This document shows positions 38,581-48,410 of a DNA stretch of 64,000 bases, piece after piece. Position numbers and translations under genes: made by a program. This stretch comes from Fibrobacteria bacterium. GTDB taxonomy: Bacteria; Fibrobacterota; Fibrobacteria; UBA11236; JADFYW01. The first letter of the stretch is position 1. Each line of letters begins with the position of its first letter. The stretch covers positions 1 through 64,000 of the forward strand of contig JBNKOC010000023.1 in assembly GCA_050294405.1 (NCBI GenBank), read 5' to 3'. The notes under the pieces are model-generated. The model ran no database searches. It was not told where the DNA came from and was given only the letters and a program-made list of their open reading frames with translations.

Positions 38581-40152
38581 TTGGCCATTGCAATTCTAAA
38601 AACCAAGCAAATCCAACAGTTGGAATCCATCGCCCAGAGGAAAGGAGAAATCAGCGAAAGCCACATGATTTCCCAGGCTGGTTTTAAAGTTTTTCAATGG
38701 ACCCATGAGTTTTGCCAAGCTGAAAAAATATCTAATGATAAAATCTGGGTTATTTGCTGCGGAACCGGACACAACGGAGCCGATGGTTTGCAATGCGCCC
38801 TATACGCTGCCGAGTTCGGCTACAAAATCCATGTTTATCATGTCCCCGCCAAAAAAAGCTATTCAAAAGAAACGCAAACTTTGCTGCGGCAATTAAAGTC
38901 CATGGGTATACATACATACCCGTTGGAAAGGGCAAGCCAATTGAAAATACCCATTCATGCTGGTTTGGTTGTGGATGCCTTACTGGGTAGCGGGCTTTTA
39001 TCTCCCGCCAAGACTAACTACGCAAAACTATTTTCAAAAATCAACGCACTTAATATTCCAGTTTTATCTGTGGACTTACCTTCTGGAATGCCTTCCGAGG
39101 AGCAAAAAGATTGGCCATGTATTAAAGCCACTCAAACTTTTCAATTGGGCGCCGGAAAAATTTCCTGTTTCTTTTTTCCAGGACTCCATTTTTGCGGCGA
39201 GATTAAAACCAGCTCCTTATGTTTTTCACCCTGGTTAAAAGAAGTAGAAACCCCGGTTTTAAAATGCGAACTTCTTGAAGAAAAAGACGTCGCCAGGCAT
39301 TATCAGCCTCCTCAAAAAGAGGGACACAAATACCAAAAGGGAAAAGTCACCATTATTGCAGGCTCAAAGGGAATGCACGGTGCAGCTCTTCTAGCCGCTG
39401 AAGCAGCCCTTTCGGCAGGAGCGGGAATGGTTAGGCTTATTGTTCCTCCCAACTTAGCTAACATCGTTCAAAAAAGAATAAAAGAAGTGATTAATGTGGA
39501 GCTTAGTGAAATTCCATCTTTAAATGGAAACCACTTTCATCCTGAACATTTACCTCAAATGGAACAATGGATAAAATGGTGCGATAGCTTGATTTTGGGA
39601 CCTGGTATCAGCAAAGAATATGGCCCTCAGGAATTGGTCCGAAAGATTTTAAAAAAGCATGCGAAAACTGTAGTATTGGATGGTGATGGGATTTTTGCCC
39701 TTGAGGGAATTAAAAGCAAAGGTTCCATTAAGGCAAAAGTTACAGCCACACCTCATTCCGGGGAATTCCAAAATATAGGGGGAATGTACCAAACACAAGC
39801 TCCTTGGGAATTAGTTAAAAACGCAATCCATATTGCGAAAAAATTTAACATCCATTTGATTTTAAAAGGCCCCACTACTATGTATTCAAGCCCAATGGGG
39901 CAAGTACGCATATTGCCCCGCGGTTCCAGTGGTCTTGCCACCGCAGGTTCCGGGGATGTGCTTGCCGGTGCCCTGGGAACCCTCCTTTGCCATTTCCCCG
40001 TAGAAAAAGCCTGTGCTATGGCGGTTTCACTGCACAGCGCCGCCTCGATTTTGGAAGAAAAAAAAGTCTCTTCAAGGGGAATCAAGGCGTCTCGGCTTTC
40101 CGCTCACTTCGGGCAGGTTTATCAAAATTGGGAAAAAATTCGCCAAGCTTGA
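38581..40152 (+). CDS. nnr: Bifunctional NAD(P)H-hydrate epimerase/dehydratase
   Basis: GTGHNGADG, VDALLGSG, VDLPSG, HKYQKG, GAGMV, TPHSGE, LATAGSGDVLAG. Confidence 0.92.
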   Translation: MAIAILKTKQIQQLESIAQRKGEISESHMISQAGFKVFQWTHEFCQAEKISNDKIWVICCGTGHNGADGLQCALYAAEFGYKIHVYHVPAKKSYSKETQTLLRQLKSMGIHTYPLERASQLKIPIHAGLVVDALLGSGLLSPAKTNYAKLFSKINALNIPVLSVDLPSGMPSEEQKDWPCIKATQTFQLGAGKISCFFFPGLHFCGEIKTSSLCFSPWLKEVETPVLKCELLEEKDVARHYQPPQKEGHKYQKGKVTIIAGSKGMHGAALLAAEAALSAGAGMVRLIVPPNLANIVQKRIKEVINVELSEIPSLNGNHFHPEHLPQMEQWIKWCDSLILGPGISKEYGPQELVRKILKKHAKTVVLDGDGIFALEGIKSKGSIKAKVTATPHSGEFQNIGGMYQTQAPWELVKNAIHIAKKFNIHLILKGPTTMYSSPMGQVRILPRGSSGLATAGSGDVLAGALGTLLCHFPVEKACAMAVSLHSAASILEEKKVSSRGIKASRLSAHFGQVYQNWEKIRQA

Positions 40153-40218
40153 TTTCCCTCCTATTTCAAAAAAAAATTAAAGAATGCCTTTGAGCTCAAA
40201 GGAGTTATATTTAGCCCA

Positions 40219-41118
40219 ATGGAAAGCAAAAACAAACGCATCCGAAAAATAGGGATTTTAGCTTATAAAGAAATGGAGGATGTATTTGAGACCATCGAAA
40301 GGATCATCCACTGGACAAGGGAAAACCCCGGAATCTTTGACATTCTGATTTCTGAAGATATTAAGCCGCAAAAATTTCCCAAGCAGTTCCTAAAAACCAA
40401 TAGCTATTTAAGAAACCATGCCGATTTGATTTTATCTCTGGGGGGAGATGGCACTTTTTTATCCGCCGCCAGATTGGTAATTGGAACAGGAGTTCCCATT
40501 TTAGGAGTAAACCTGGGACGCAAAGGCTTTCTAGCAGACGCTTCTCTCACAAAACTTCCCGAAATTTTAGATCAAATACATAAGGGAGAATACAGCCTTC
40601 GCAACAGGCTTATGTTAAAAGTGGTTGTATACAATGGCCGAAAGAAAATATTCGAAGATATTGCATTGAATGATATTGTATTCACAGGAAAAATGGGACA
40701 AGAGCTTATTGATTTGGAAGTGGAAGTCAACGAAGAGTACCTGACCAACTATTGGGTAGACGGTTTGTTAGTAAGCACTCCCACTGGAAGTACGGCCTAC
40801 AGCTTGTCTGCAGGAGGGCCCATCCTGCATCCGGCTACAGACAATGTGCTGCTTACGCCTATAAACCCCCAAAGCCTATCTGTTCGGCCCTTGATTTTCC
40901 CAGCCCATCACAAGCTAAAAATCAAAAGCAATAACCCTGCAAAAAAATTCGTTAAAATGGTTTCGGACGGAAGGCAAAAAATCCAAATCTTGCCTGCTTA
41001 CAGCATTCAAATCACCAAGCATAACATCAGCACTTCTATTCTCCGGCTTAAGGGCATGACTTATTTTGAAGCTGTGCGAAAAAAATTAGGCTGGAGCGGG
41101 TACCACGGGATAAAATAA
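40219..41118 (+). CDS. nadK: NAD+ kinase
   Basis: LGGDGTFL, ALND, DGLLVSTPTGSTAYSLSAGGP. Confidence 0.95.
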   Translation: MESKNKRIRKIGILAYKEMEDVFETIERIIHWTRENPGIFDILISEDIKPQKFPKQFLKTNSYLRNHADLILSLGGDGTFLSAARLVIGTGVPILGVNLGRKGFLADASLTKLPEILDQIHKGEYSLRNRLMLKVVVYNGRKKIFEDIALNDIVFTGKMGQELIDLEVEVNEEYLTNYWVDGLLVSTPTGSTAYSLSAGGPILHPATDNVLLTPINPQSLSVRPLIFPAHHKLKIKSNNPAKKFVKMVSDGRQKIQILPAYSIQITKHNISTSILRLKGMTYFEAVRKKLGWSGYHGIK

Positions 41119-41119
41119 C

Positions 41120-42796
41120 ATGCTCACAGAATTAAATGTTAAGAATCTGGTTTTAATAGATGAACTACATTTAAAATTCAGTTCAGGTTTTACCGCCATC
41201 ACCGGAGAAACCGGAGCGGGAAAATCGGTTTTGCTCAACAGCCTTAAAATACTTCAGGGAGAAAAAGCCAAACCATACATTCGTAAGAACGAGGACTTTC
41301 TCAAGGTAGAAGCCTGTTTTAACATTCCTAACTCCCCGGAGTTATACAGTTTTCTGGAGGATTTGGAAATTGACACGGACGAGGAAGAATTGATTCTGGA
41401 ACGGCACGCTCTGGCCACAGGTAAAAACCGTTGCCGCATTAATGGAACCATCGTAAACATAGGGCAATTAAAAAAAGTCTGCGAATACTTATTTACCATA
41501 CACGGCCAAAACGACCAACAACATTTAAATGCGAAGAACCAGCTTTTGCTTTTAGATCATTTTGCCGGAGCACATGGATTGCGCAATGATTTTACCAAGG
41601 CCCACAGCCTTTGGAAAAAAGCACAAAGCGATTTATGGGATTTTAAAGAAGATTTAAAAAACATCAGCCAGCAGCAGGAGTTTTTCGCTTTCCAATACAA
41701 AGAATTAAAAGAAGCTAATTTAAAATTAGGCGAAGAAGAAAAAATTGAGCAAACATTAAAAGAATCAGCTTCCATTGAAAAAATCAACAAACATCTTTTA
41801 ACAGCTCTGGATTGCTTTGAAAATAACGGCAGCAACCTGCCAGATTTAATCAGCCAACTTAAAAAAAGTTTAATGGAGCTTTCCAAATACAGTTCAGAAT
41901 TTTCCGAAGCGAGCGAAATGGCCGAATCCCTATTTTCGACAATTCCTGAAATACATCGAGCCATTTCTAACTATCAGATTCCCGGTGACTTAAGCCCAGA
42001 AAAAATAGACGTGCTCAACGCCACCCTGGCCCGGTGGCAAAAACTAAAGTCCAAATACAAAATGGATATGGAAGGCTTAATTGAGCTCAGAGAAAAGAGG
42101 AAAAAAGAATTAGAAACATCAAGGGACAGCTCAGCGCTTTTAAAAGATTTGGAAAACGAGCTCCAATTGCATTTCAAAAGAGTTTTGGAAATCGGCAAAA
42201 CCCTAAGCGAAAAGCGCAAACAAGGCAGCAAAAAATTTGAAAAAGCTGTAAACGCCAACCTATCCCATTTAGGAATGGCCGGAGCCGAAATTCTTTGCAG
42301 TTGGCAAGCTTCTTCAAATTTAAATGCCGATTCAGACGACATTTCTCCTCTGGGATTGGAAAAATTGGATCTACAATTAAGACCCGCAAAAGGTCTCGAT
42401 TCAAAACCCATTACTCAAATTGCCTCGGGGGGCGAAACTTCCCGAATTATGTTAGCCATTAAAACTGTGCTCAGCCAAAGCGACCCCATCCCCTTATTGG
42501 TATTTGATGAAATAGATGCGGGCATTGGCGGCATTACCGGAAATCGGGTGGCCGAAAGCCTGAAAAAAACTTCTGAGCACCATCAGGTTATCGTTATCAC
42601 TCATTTGCATCAGGTGGCTTCCCAGGCAGAATGGCAAATGCAGGTTGAAAAACAGCTACTCAAAGGGCAAACTCAAACCCAGGTTCGCGAGTTAACTGCC
42701 GAAGAGCGCGTACTGGAGCTGGCCCGCATGATGGGTGATTCCAATTCAGAGCAAACCCTTAAACACGCTCAAAAATTACTGGAAGAAAATTTGTAG
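41120..42796 (+). CDS. recN: DNA repair protein RecN
   Basis: TGETGAGKS, IHGQ, ASGGETSR, FDEIDAG, ITHLHQVA. Confidence 0.96.
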   Translation: MLTELNVKNLVLIDELHLKFSSGFTAITGETGAGKSVLLNSLKILQGEKAKPYIRKNEDFLKVEACFNIPNSPELYSFLEDLEIDTDEEELILERHALATGKNRCRINGTIVNIGQLKKVCEYLFTIHGQNDQQHLNAKNQLLLLDHFAGAHGLRNDFTKAHSLWKKAQSDLWDFKEDLKNISQQQEFFAFQYKELKEANLKLGEEEKIEQTLKESASIEKINKHLLTALDCFENNGSNLPDLISQLKKSLMELSKYSSEFSEASEMAESLFSTIPEIHRAISNYQIPGDLSPEKIDVLNATLARWQKLKSKYKMDMEGLIELREKRKKELETSRDSSALLKDLENELQLHFKRVLEIGKTLSEKRKQGSKKFEKAVNANLSHLGMAGAEILCSWQASSNLNADSDDISPLGLEKLDLQLRPAKGLDSKPITQIASGGETSRIMLAIKTVLSQSDPIPLLVFDEIDAGIGGITGNRVAESLKKTSEHHQVIVITHLHQVASQAEWQMQVEKQLLKGQTQTQVRELTAEERVLELARMMGDSNSEQTLKHAQKLLEENL

Positions 42797-42840
42797 GCTA
42801 AGATTTACCCTGCATCGCTTCTTTTTTATTTTCCAAAACG

Positions 42841-44061
42841 ATGAATTCTTCTAAAAATATCGAAAAAATCAGAACCTCAGCCAGAATTTGGTACAGCATT
42901 AAATTGCTTTGCATTGGCGGCACAGTGGCTTGTTTGTTATTGGATAAAAACATAACCGCCGCTATTTTACTTTGCGCCTCCCTTTTTATGGGGTTTCATA
43001 CCAGCTTTAAACTCAAGCAAGAGGATGTGGAAGCCCCTCTGCAAAAATTTTGGTTTGGGCTATTGGAAAAAACTCTGGGAAACTTGCTCTTTCTCATTTT
43101 GTTTTTGCGGATTATCTGGAACCCCGCGGAAGATTTTCCAGCAGTTTTGTGTTTTGGTCTGGTTATCATAACCTTGCGCAATTTGTTTTATCTGTCCTTT
43201 TCCATTGGAATGCTCCGCGAGCAAAAGGCGCTACCCCTAAACTCCATATGGGGGAAAATCACCACCACTTCTCTAAACATAACCCTTATCATATACACTC
43301 TTCGCATTGAACACTTTCAACTAAAGCTCTGGAAGCTGGAAAAAGATGTGCAAAATCTTTCCAACATTTCCATGGTCATTTCTCTGCTACTGATGTTTGC
43401 TACTATCATTGGCTATCTTTATTTTTATTACCGCGACCCCGATCACAGAAAACCCATAAGCGTGGCCACCCAGCTCACCATGAGCCGAATTATCTTAAGC
43501 CCCATATTTATCTGGGTATTTTTTTACGACAATAATCTGGAATACCAGGACAATAATCTGATTTTTAAAACAGTGGCCTTAATATTGGTCATCTTTTTTG
43601 CAGTGAGCGACGGGTTAGACGGTTACCTGGCACGTAAACTAAAAGAGGTTTCTACCCTGGGAAAATATCTGGACCCGTTTTCAGATAAAATATCCACCAT
43701 GAGTATTTTTTTGTGTTTCCTGGCCTCAGGTTATGCCACTGTGTGGATGATAGCCCTTATATATTTTAGAGAAGCTACCATAGAAACCCTACGCACTTTA
43801 GCTGCAGGTGAGGGCATAGTCATAGATGCCCGCCGTAGCGGAAAATGGAAAACAGGAATTCAGGTGGGAGTCACCATTACCATTTTAACAGGCACCATAG
43901 CCGACACGCTGCTTATGAAATGGAGCCTGTACCACAGCCATTGGCTGCCTGTATGGGATTATATACCGCACACTTTAATGTATATAGTCACTGTGATAAC
44001 TATATTGAGCGGCGTGGATTATATTGTTGCCAATAATAAAGTCCTAAAGCGCTTTATTTAA
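42841..44061 (+). CDS. CDP-alcohol phosphatidyltransferase (PgsA-like) with a degenerate N-terminal repeat
   Basis: C-half SDGLDGYLAR...LGKYLDPFSDK, GKWKT. N-half has a similar topology (WGKITT) without the DG motif. Confidence 0.85.
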   Translation: MNSSKNIEKIRTSARIWYSIKLLCIGGTVACLLLDKNITAAILLCASLFMGFHTSFKLKQEDVEAPLQKFWFGLLEKTLGNLLFLILFLRIIWNPAEDFPAVLCFGLVIITLRNLFYLSFSIGMLREQKALPLNSIWGKITTTSLNITLIIYTLRIEHFQLKLWKLEKDVQNLSNISMVISLLLMFATIIGYLYFYYRDPDHRKPISVATQLTMSRIILSPIFIWVFFYDNNLEYQDNNLIFKTVALILVIFFAVSDGLDGYLARKLKEVSTLGKYLDPFSDKISTMSIFLCFLASGYATVWMIALIYFREATIETLRTLAAGEGIVIDARRSGKWKTGIQVGVTITILTGTIADTLLMKWSLYHSHWLPVWDYIPHTLMYIVTVITILSGVDYIVANNKVLKRFI

Positions 44062-44066
44062 AAAAT

Positions 44067-45944
44067 TTACAAAGAGGTTTTCGCCAATACGGTAAATCTC
44101 CAGCCGGGTAAAATATCCCTGTACTTTCCATCTATGGGAAAGGAAATGTTTATATGGTTCACCACTTTTTGAACAGAGCGAGTAGCGCCCACTCTAAGGC
44201 CGATACCCGCGGAGTAATGAAGTTCATCCCATTCAAAATCTTTACGCGTGGGAAACACATCTCCGCCATTTAGAAAAACAGCTAAAGCGGGAACGGCGGT
44301 TCCGAATTCCAGATTGGGAAAATAGCGCTGTTCCAATTGCATAAAATAGCGGGCCTGGCCGGAAAAAAAGCGGTTGGGATAGCCACTTAGGCCCTGTTCC
44401 CCGCCAAGATATAATTGGGAGCTCAATTCCTTTTCAAAATAATGATACCAGCTGGAGTAAAAATAACTGGAGAGTCTGGGGGTGGGCTTAAATTGGTATT
44501 CAAATACATGGGATAAATAACCGTCTTCCAGTGTTTCTGCGCCATCCCAAAAATAACCCAGGCTAGCAGCTGTATTTACAAAATGCATGTTATTCCACGC
44601 ATTAATGTAAACCAGGCTGTGTTTTAGCTTCCAATCCGAATTATGGGCTCCCGCAAATTTTAAATTTTTATAAATATCCTGAGTGAAACGAAAACCCACA
44701 TCTATATCTTCGGTCCACTTCACATTGCGGAAATTTTTAACGGTTTTGTATTTGCTTTGGTAATAGGAAAAACTGGCTCCCAATAAAAAATCGCGTCTAA
44801 AATCCAGGGCGTATTTATTTTTAAAATCACCGCTAACATAGGGGCTGTTTTGATACAAATTATAATAAGCCAAATAATTTCCATTTTCAGCCTGTTGGTA
44901 ATTTTCATCCCAGCTAAATTTTCCACTTACATTAAACTTATGGCTGCTGCCAAAGGAACGGGTAACAGAAAGGCTCATACCCAAATCCACAATATCCCGG
45001 TATAAAAAAACAGGCAAAGTGCTGGGCAGCGAATCTTCCATCCAGAATACTTTAATAGCTTCTTTAGCCTGCATTTTTCGCTCAGCTTCGCCGGGATCAT
45101 CTGCATCGGCATAGTAATATCGATTGCTTTTAAGACCCAATCCACTGATATTATAAGCCCATTTCTGTTTTTTGGACAAAAGGGGCAAGCCTAAATAATA
45201 TTCGTATTCATAACCATCGGTGGAAAGCCCGCCTCTTCCACTTAGTTTGAAATTATTTTTAATAAAAGCTTTGTTTTCGTAAATGGCCGAAACGGTGTTT
45301 CTATCAATGGTATGGGTATAAAATGCACCAATTTTTTGGCCGCCGCCCATAAGATTGCTTTCCAAAAGCCCAAACCAATACTCCCATTCCTGGGCAGGTT
45401 TTTGCAGCCCAATTCCAGGGGTAGTAGAAAACTGATCAAAGGTATGCACCACAATGGAGGCTTCATTTTTATCACTTACCAACACTTCAATAATGGCATC
45501 CGCCAGAAATTCTTCAGAGCGCAATTTTTTTTCACTTTCCATTAAGTCTTCTTTGTCCACTTGCTGGCCTTTGGATACCAGCAGTCTTTTGGAAATGGTT
45601 TTCTGCTTGGATTTAATATGGAGTTTGTTACCCAATTCAAACACATCCTCTTCTATTGGAGTGTTTACCTTAGAACCTTCAAAGGCATCGTAGGTCACAA
45701 TTTTTATATCTATCAGGGTGGCCTTAAAGTCTTCGGGAAGTTTACTGGCCAACACAGCCCCAGGAGTTTGGGTAAAGCTTCTGTTAGAGCCAAAGGCCGG
45801 ATTTATCCAAAGGAAAGATAAACACAGAAAAAGAGCCCCAATTTTTTTTTGAAATTTCAGAATTGCGATGGGAGGTAAAATCAAATAAAAATTCCTGTTA
45901 AAATTGAATCTCCATAAATTAAAAAAACGCCTTCCCAAAAACAT
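44067..45944 (-). CDS. BamA/TamA-like outer-membrane protein (POTRA plus beta-barrel); start uncertain
   Basis: Signal peptide ending PAFG, ESEKKLR POTRA-like, ESNLMGGG, LGGEQGLSGYP loop, SAGIGLR. Confidence 0.75.
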   Translation of the reverse strand: MFLGRRFFNLWRFNFNRNFYLILPPIAILKFQKKIGALFLCLSFLWINPAFGSNRSFTQTPGAVLASKLPEDFKATLIDIKIVTYDAFEGSKVNTPIEEDVFELGNKLHIKSKQKTISKRLLVSKGQQVDKEDLMESEKKLRSEEFLADAIIEVLVSDKNEASIVVHTFDQFSTTPGIGLQKPAQEWEYWFGLLESNLMGGGQKIGAFYTHTIDRNTVSAIYENKAFIKNNFKLSGRGGLSTDGYEYEYYLGLPLLSKKQKWAYNISGLGLKSNRYYYADADDPGEAERKMQAKEAIKVFWMEDSLPSTLPVFLYRDIVDLGMSLSVTRSFGSSHKFNVSGKFSWDENYQQAENGNYLAYYNLYQNSPYVSGDFKNKYALDFRRDFLLGASFSYYQSKYKTVKNFRNVKWTEDIDVGFRFTQDIYKNLKFAGAHNSDWKLKHSLVYINAWNNMHFVNTAASLGYFWDGAETLEDGYLSHVFEYQFKPTPRLSSYFYSSWYHYFEKELSSQLYLGGEQGLSGYPNRFFSGQARYFMQLEQRYFPNLEFGTAVPALAVFLNGGDVFPTRKDFEWDELHYSAGIGLRVGATRSVQKVVNHINISFPIDGKYRDILPGWRFTVLAKTSL

Positions 45945-45946
45945 AA

Positions 45947-45964
45947 TTTAGAGCTGCCCTTAAG
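45947..45964 (-). repeat. 18-bp dispersed intergenic motif, copy 2
   Basis: TTTAGAGCTGCCCTTAAG, immediately 3' of rnpB. Confidence 0.8.
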
Positions 45965-45971
45965 AGGAAAT

Positions 45972-46332
45972 GAGAAAGCCAATCTATAAGCCGGGTTCTG
46001 TCGTGGATGATCATCCATCTAGGCCATATTTTGCAACATGGCTCAAGCTACCTACCCGAAAATCAAGGGAGACGAGCCGCCTCTCATCAGTTGCCTGATT
46101 CTTTCCCTATTTGGTATTGCACCGGATGGGGTTTACCCTGCCCCGGCCCTCACGGGTCGGGCGGTGAGCTCTTACCTCGCCATTTCACCCTTACCCCCAA
46201 AGGGGGCGGTATATTTTCTGTGGCACTTTCCTCCCGTCACCGGGACTGGCCATTAACCAGCATCCTGCTCTATGGTGCCCGGACTTTCCTCTGGCCCCAA
46301 AAGAAACCAGCGATCATCCGATTGACTTACTC
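45972..46332 (-). ncRNA. rnpB: RNase P RNA (bacterial class A)
   Basis: Minus strand contains GAGGAAAGTCCGGGC, GAAAGTGCCACAGAAAA, GGGTGAAATGGCGAGGTAAGAGC, GGTAAACCCC and ACAGAACCCGGCTTA; P1 pairing AAGTCAATC/GATTGGCTT. Confidence 0.97.
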
Positions 46333-46365
46333 GAAATGCAATATACTAAAACTTGGAAAGCCCAG

Positions 46366-47640
46366 TTAATTCAAGGATTTTAAAGCCAGTTTCATTTTTT
46401 CCAGAGTTTGATTTAAAATTTCTTCGCTGTGGGCCGTGCCCACAAAAAGGGCTTCAAACTGGGAAGGCGGCAACAAAATGCCCTGGGCCAGATTGGCTCT
46501 GAACCATTTTGCAAAAAGTTCCGTATCCGAAGAAGTGGCTGTTTTGTAGTCCACCACGTTTTCCGAAGTAAAAAACACAGTTAACATGCTGCCTACTCTA
46601 TTGAGGCAAAAGGGAATAGAGCTTTCTTTTAATATAGACTCCAAACCATCGGCTAAAAATTTCGCTTTGCTTTCCAGATTTTCATAAAAACCAGGCTTGC
46701 TAATTTCATTTAGTGCAGCCAATCCTGCGGCAGTGGCTAAAGGATTTCCGGATAAAGTTCCCGCCTGGTAAACCGGTCCGGCAGGGCTTAGTTTTTCCAT
46801 AATTTCCCGTTTGCCCCCGTAGGCGCCTACCGGCAAACCGCCTCCAATAATTTTACCCATAGTGGTCAAATCCGGTTTTATGTTATATAAGCCTTGAGCT
46901 CCCTGAAGGCTTACCCTGAATCCGCTCATTACTTCGTCCATAATAAAAACAGCTTCGTAGTCATCGCATAACTTGCGAAGGCCTTCTAAAAAGCCAAGAG
47001 CCGGAACCACAACTCCCATGTTACCAGGAACGCCTTCTACAATGAGGCCGGCAATGTTATCGGGGTATTTTTCAAAAAGGGCTTTTACCGAATCCAAATC
47101 ATTATAATCGGCCAATAAGGTATCTTGGGCTGTTCCTTTTGTAACTCCTGGGCTTGAAGGTTGGCCAAAGGTTAAAGCCCCCGAACCCGCTTCAATTAAA
47201 AAGCTGTCGCCATGGCCATGGTAACATCCCCTAAACTTTATAATCAAATCTTTGCCGGTATACCCCCGGGCAAGTCTCACGGCACTCATGGTGGCTTCGG
47301 TTCCAGAATTTACCAGGCGAACCATTTCCATGCTGGGAACTATCTCACAAATTTTTTCGGCAATGTTTATTTCCGCTTCAGTAGAAGCCCCGAAACTCAT
47401 GCCTTTTTTAGCAGCTTCTAAAACTGCTTTTTTTACAGAAGGATGGTTGTGGCCAAAAATCATGGGCCCCCAAGAGCCGATAAAATCAATGTGTTCTTTG
47501 CCCTCATTATCATAAACATAAGGTCCGTTTGCCCGGGACACAAAAATGGGAGCGCCTCCCACGGAAGCAAAAGCGCGCACAGGAGAATTCACTCCTCCAG
47601 GAATAAATTTTTTTGCTTTTTCGAATAATGCCTCAGACAT
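46366..47640 (-). CDS. hemL: Glutamate-1-semialdehyde 2,1-aminomutase
   Basis: PGGVNSPVRAF, NSGTEATM, GCYHGHGD, DEVMSGFR, GKIIGGGLP, YQAGTLSGNP. Confidence 0.97.
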   Translation of the reverse strand: MSEALFEKAKKFIPGGVNSPVRAFASVGGAPIFVSRANGPYVYDNEGKEHIDFIGSWGPMIFGHNHPSVKKAVLEAAKKGMSFGASTEAEINIAEKICEIVPSMEMVRLVNSGTEATMSAVRLARGYTGKDLIIKFRGCYHGHGDSFLIEAGSGALTFGQPSSPGVTKGTAQDTLLADYNDLDSVKALFEKYPDNIAGLIVEGVPGNMGVVVPALGFLEGLRKLCDDYEAVFIMDEVMSGFRVSLQGAQGLYNIKPDLTTMGKIIGGGLPVGAYGGKREIMEKLSPAGPVYQAGTLSGNPLATAAGLAALNEISKPGFYENLESKAKFLADGLESILKESSIPFCLNRVGSMLTVFFTSENVVDYKTATSSDTELFAKWFRANLAQGILLPPSQFEALFVGTAHSEEILNQTLEKMKLALKSLN

Positions 47641-47659
47641 AAAAACCACCTTTCAAATC

Positions 47660-48406
47660 TTATTTTTCTTCTTTAGCTAAATTTAAAAAGCTTTTAAGGG
47701 CTTTTTCCAGCTCTCCCATTTTGCAAATTTGTCCAGGAACCACTCCTAGCTTTTGAAGGGCTTCCGCAGAGGAGTCTCCCAGAGCAATGGTATATTTTGC
47801 CTCTAACTTTTTTTTCTCCTCATGGGGAAAAACCTCTTTTAGCCAATCCCACAGATTTTCCACAGTGCTGCCCGAGCTAAAAAGCAAAATTTGGATATTT
47901 ACAAACTCTGCAGCTAACATTTTTTTGGAAACATCATTTAGGCAGGGTTCGTACAGAGGAAAGTTTTCCAGCTCAATACCCTTTGTGGCAAACTCCACGG
48001 GTTTTAGCCTGGTTTTAAGAGAGCAGGGATGAAGCCAATTTTCCATTCCGGAAGGGCTGTATTCTTTTAAAAAACCTTCAATGCTGTTTTCTTCCGAACC
48101 AAATTTAAAAGGCAGGCCAAGCTTTTCTGCTTTTTTCTCTACAGCAGCACTTAAACTGTAAACACTATGACCCCTAAACTTTTCAGCCAAAGGCAAAGAA
48201 TAAAATTGGGAAATGGCAGATGGGCTGCTAAAAAAAATCCCATCGTATTTTTTAGCCAGCAATGGCTTTAAAGAAATATTATCCAACAAGCGGCTTTCTA
48301 CAAGGGGGATGTTAATGGCTTTAAAGCCGCAAGACTCAATAACATGCTCCCAGTTTTGAGCCTGCTCCGGGGGACGGGGGTTTAATACCAAAGGGGCATT
48401 GGCCAT
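47660..48406 (-). CDS. hemD: Uroporphyrinogen-III synthase
   Basis: NPRPPEQA, FSSPSAI, FSSGSTV, ALGDSSA; lies between hemC and hemL. Confidence 0.82.
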   Translation of the reverse strand: MANAPLVLNPRPPEQAQNWEHVIESCGFKAINIPLVESRLLDNISLKPLLAKKYDGIFFSSPSAISQFYSLPLAEKFRGHSVYSLSAAVEKKAEKLGLPFKFGSEENSIEGFLKEYSPSGMENWLHPCSLKTRLKPVEFATKGIELENFPLYEPCLNDVSKKMLAAEFVNIQILLFSSGSTVENLWDWLKEVFPHEEKKKLEAKYTIALGDSSAEALQKLGVVPGQICKMGELEKALKSFLNLAKEEK

Positions 48407-48410
48407 GTAA

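Noticed and set aside
46007..46369. ORFs of 120 aa and 72 aa on the + strand
   Set aside because: Antisense to the RNase P RNA gene; spurious.
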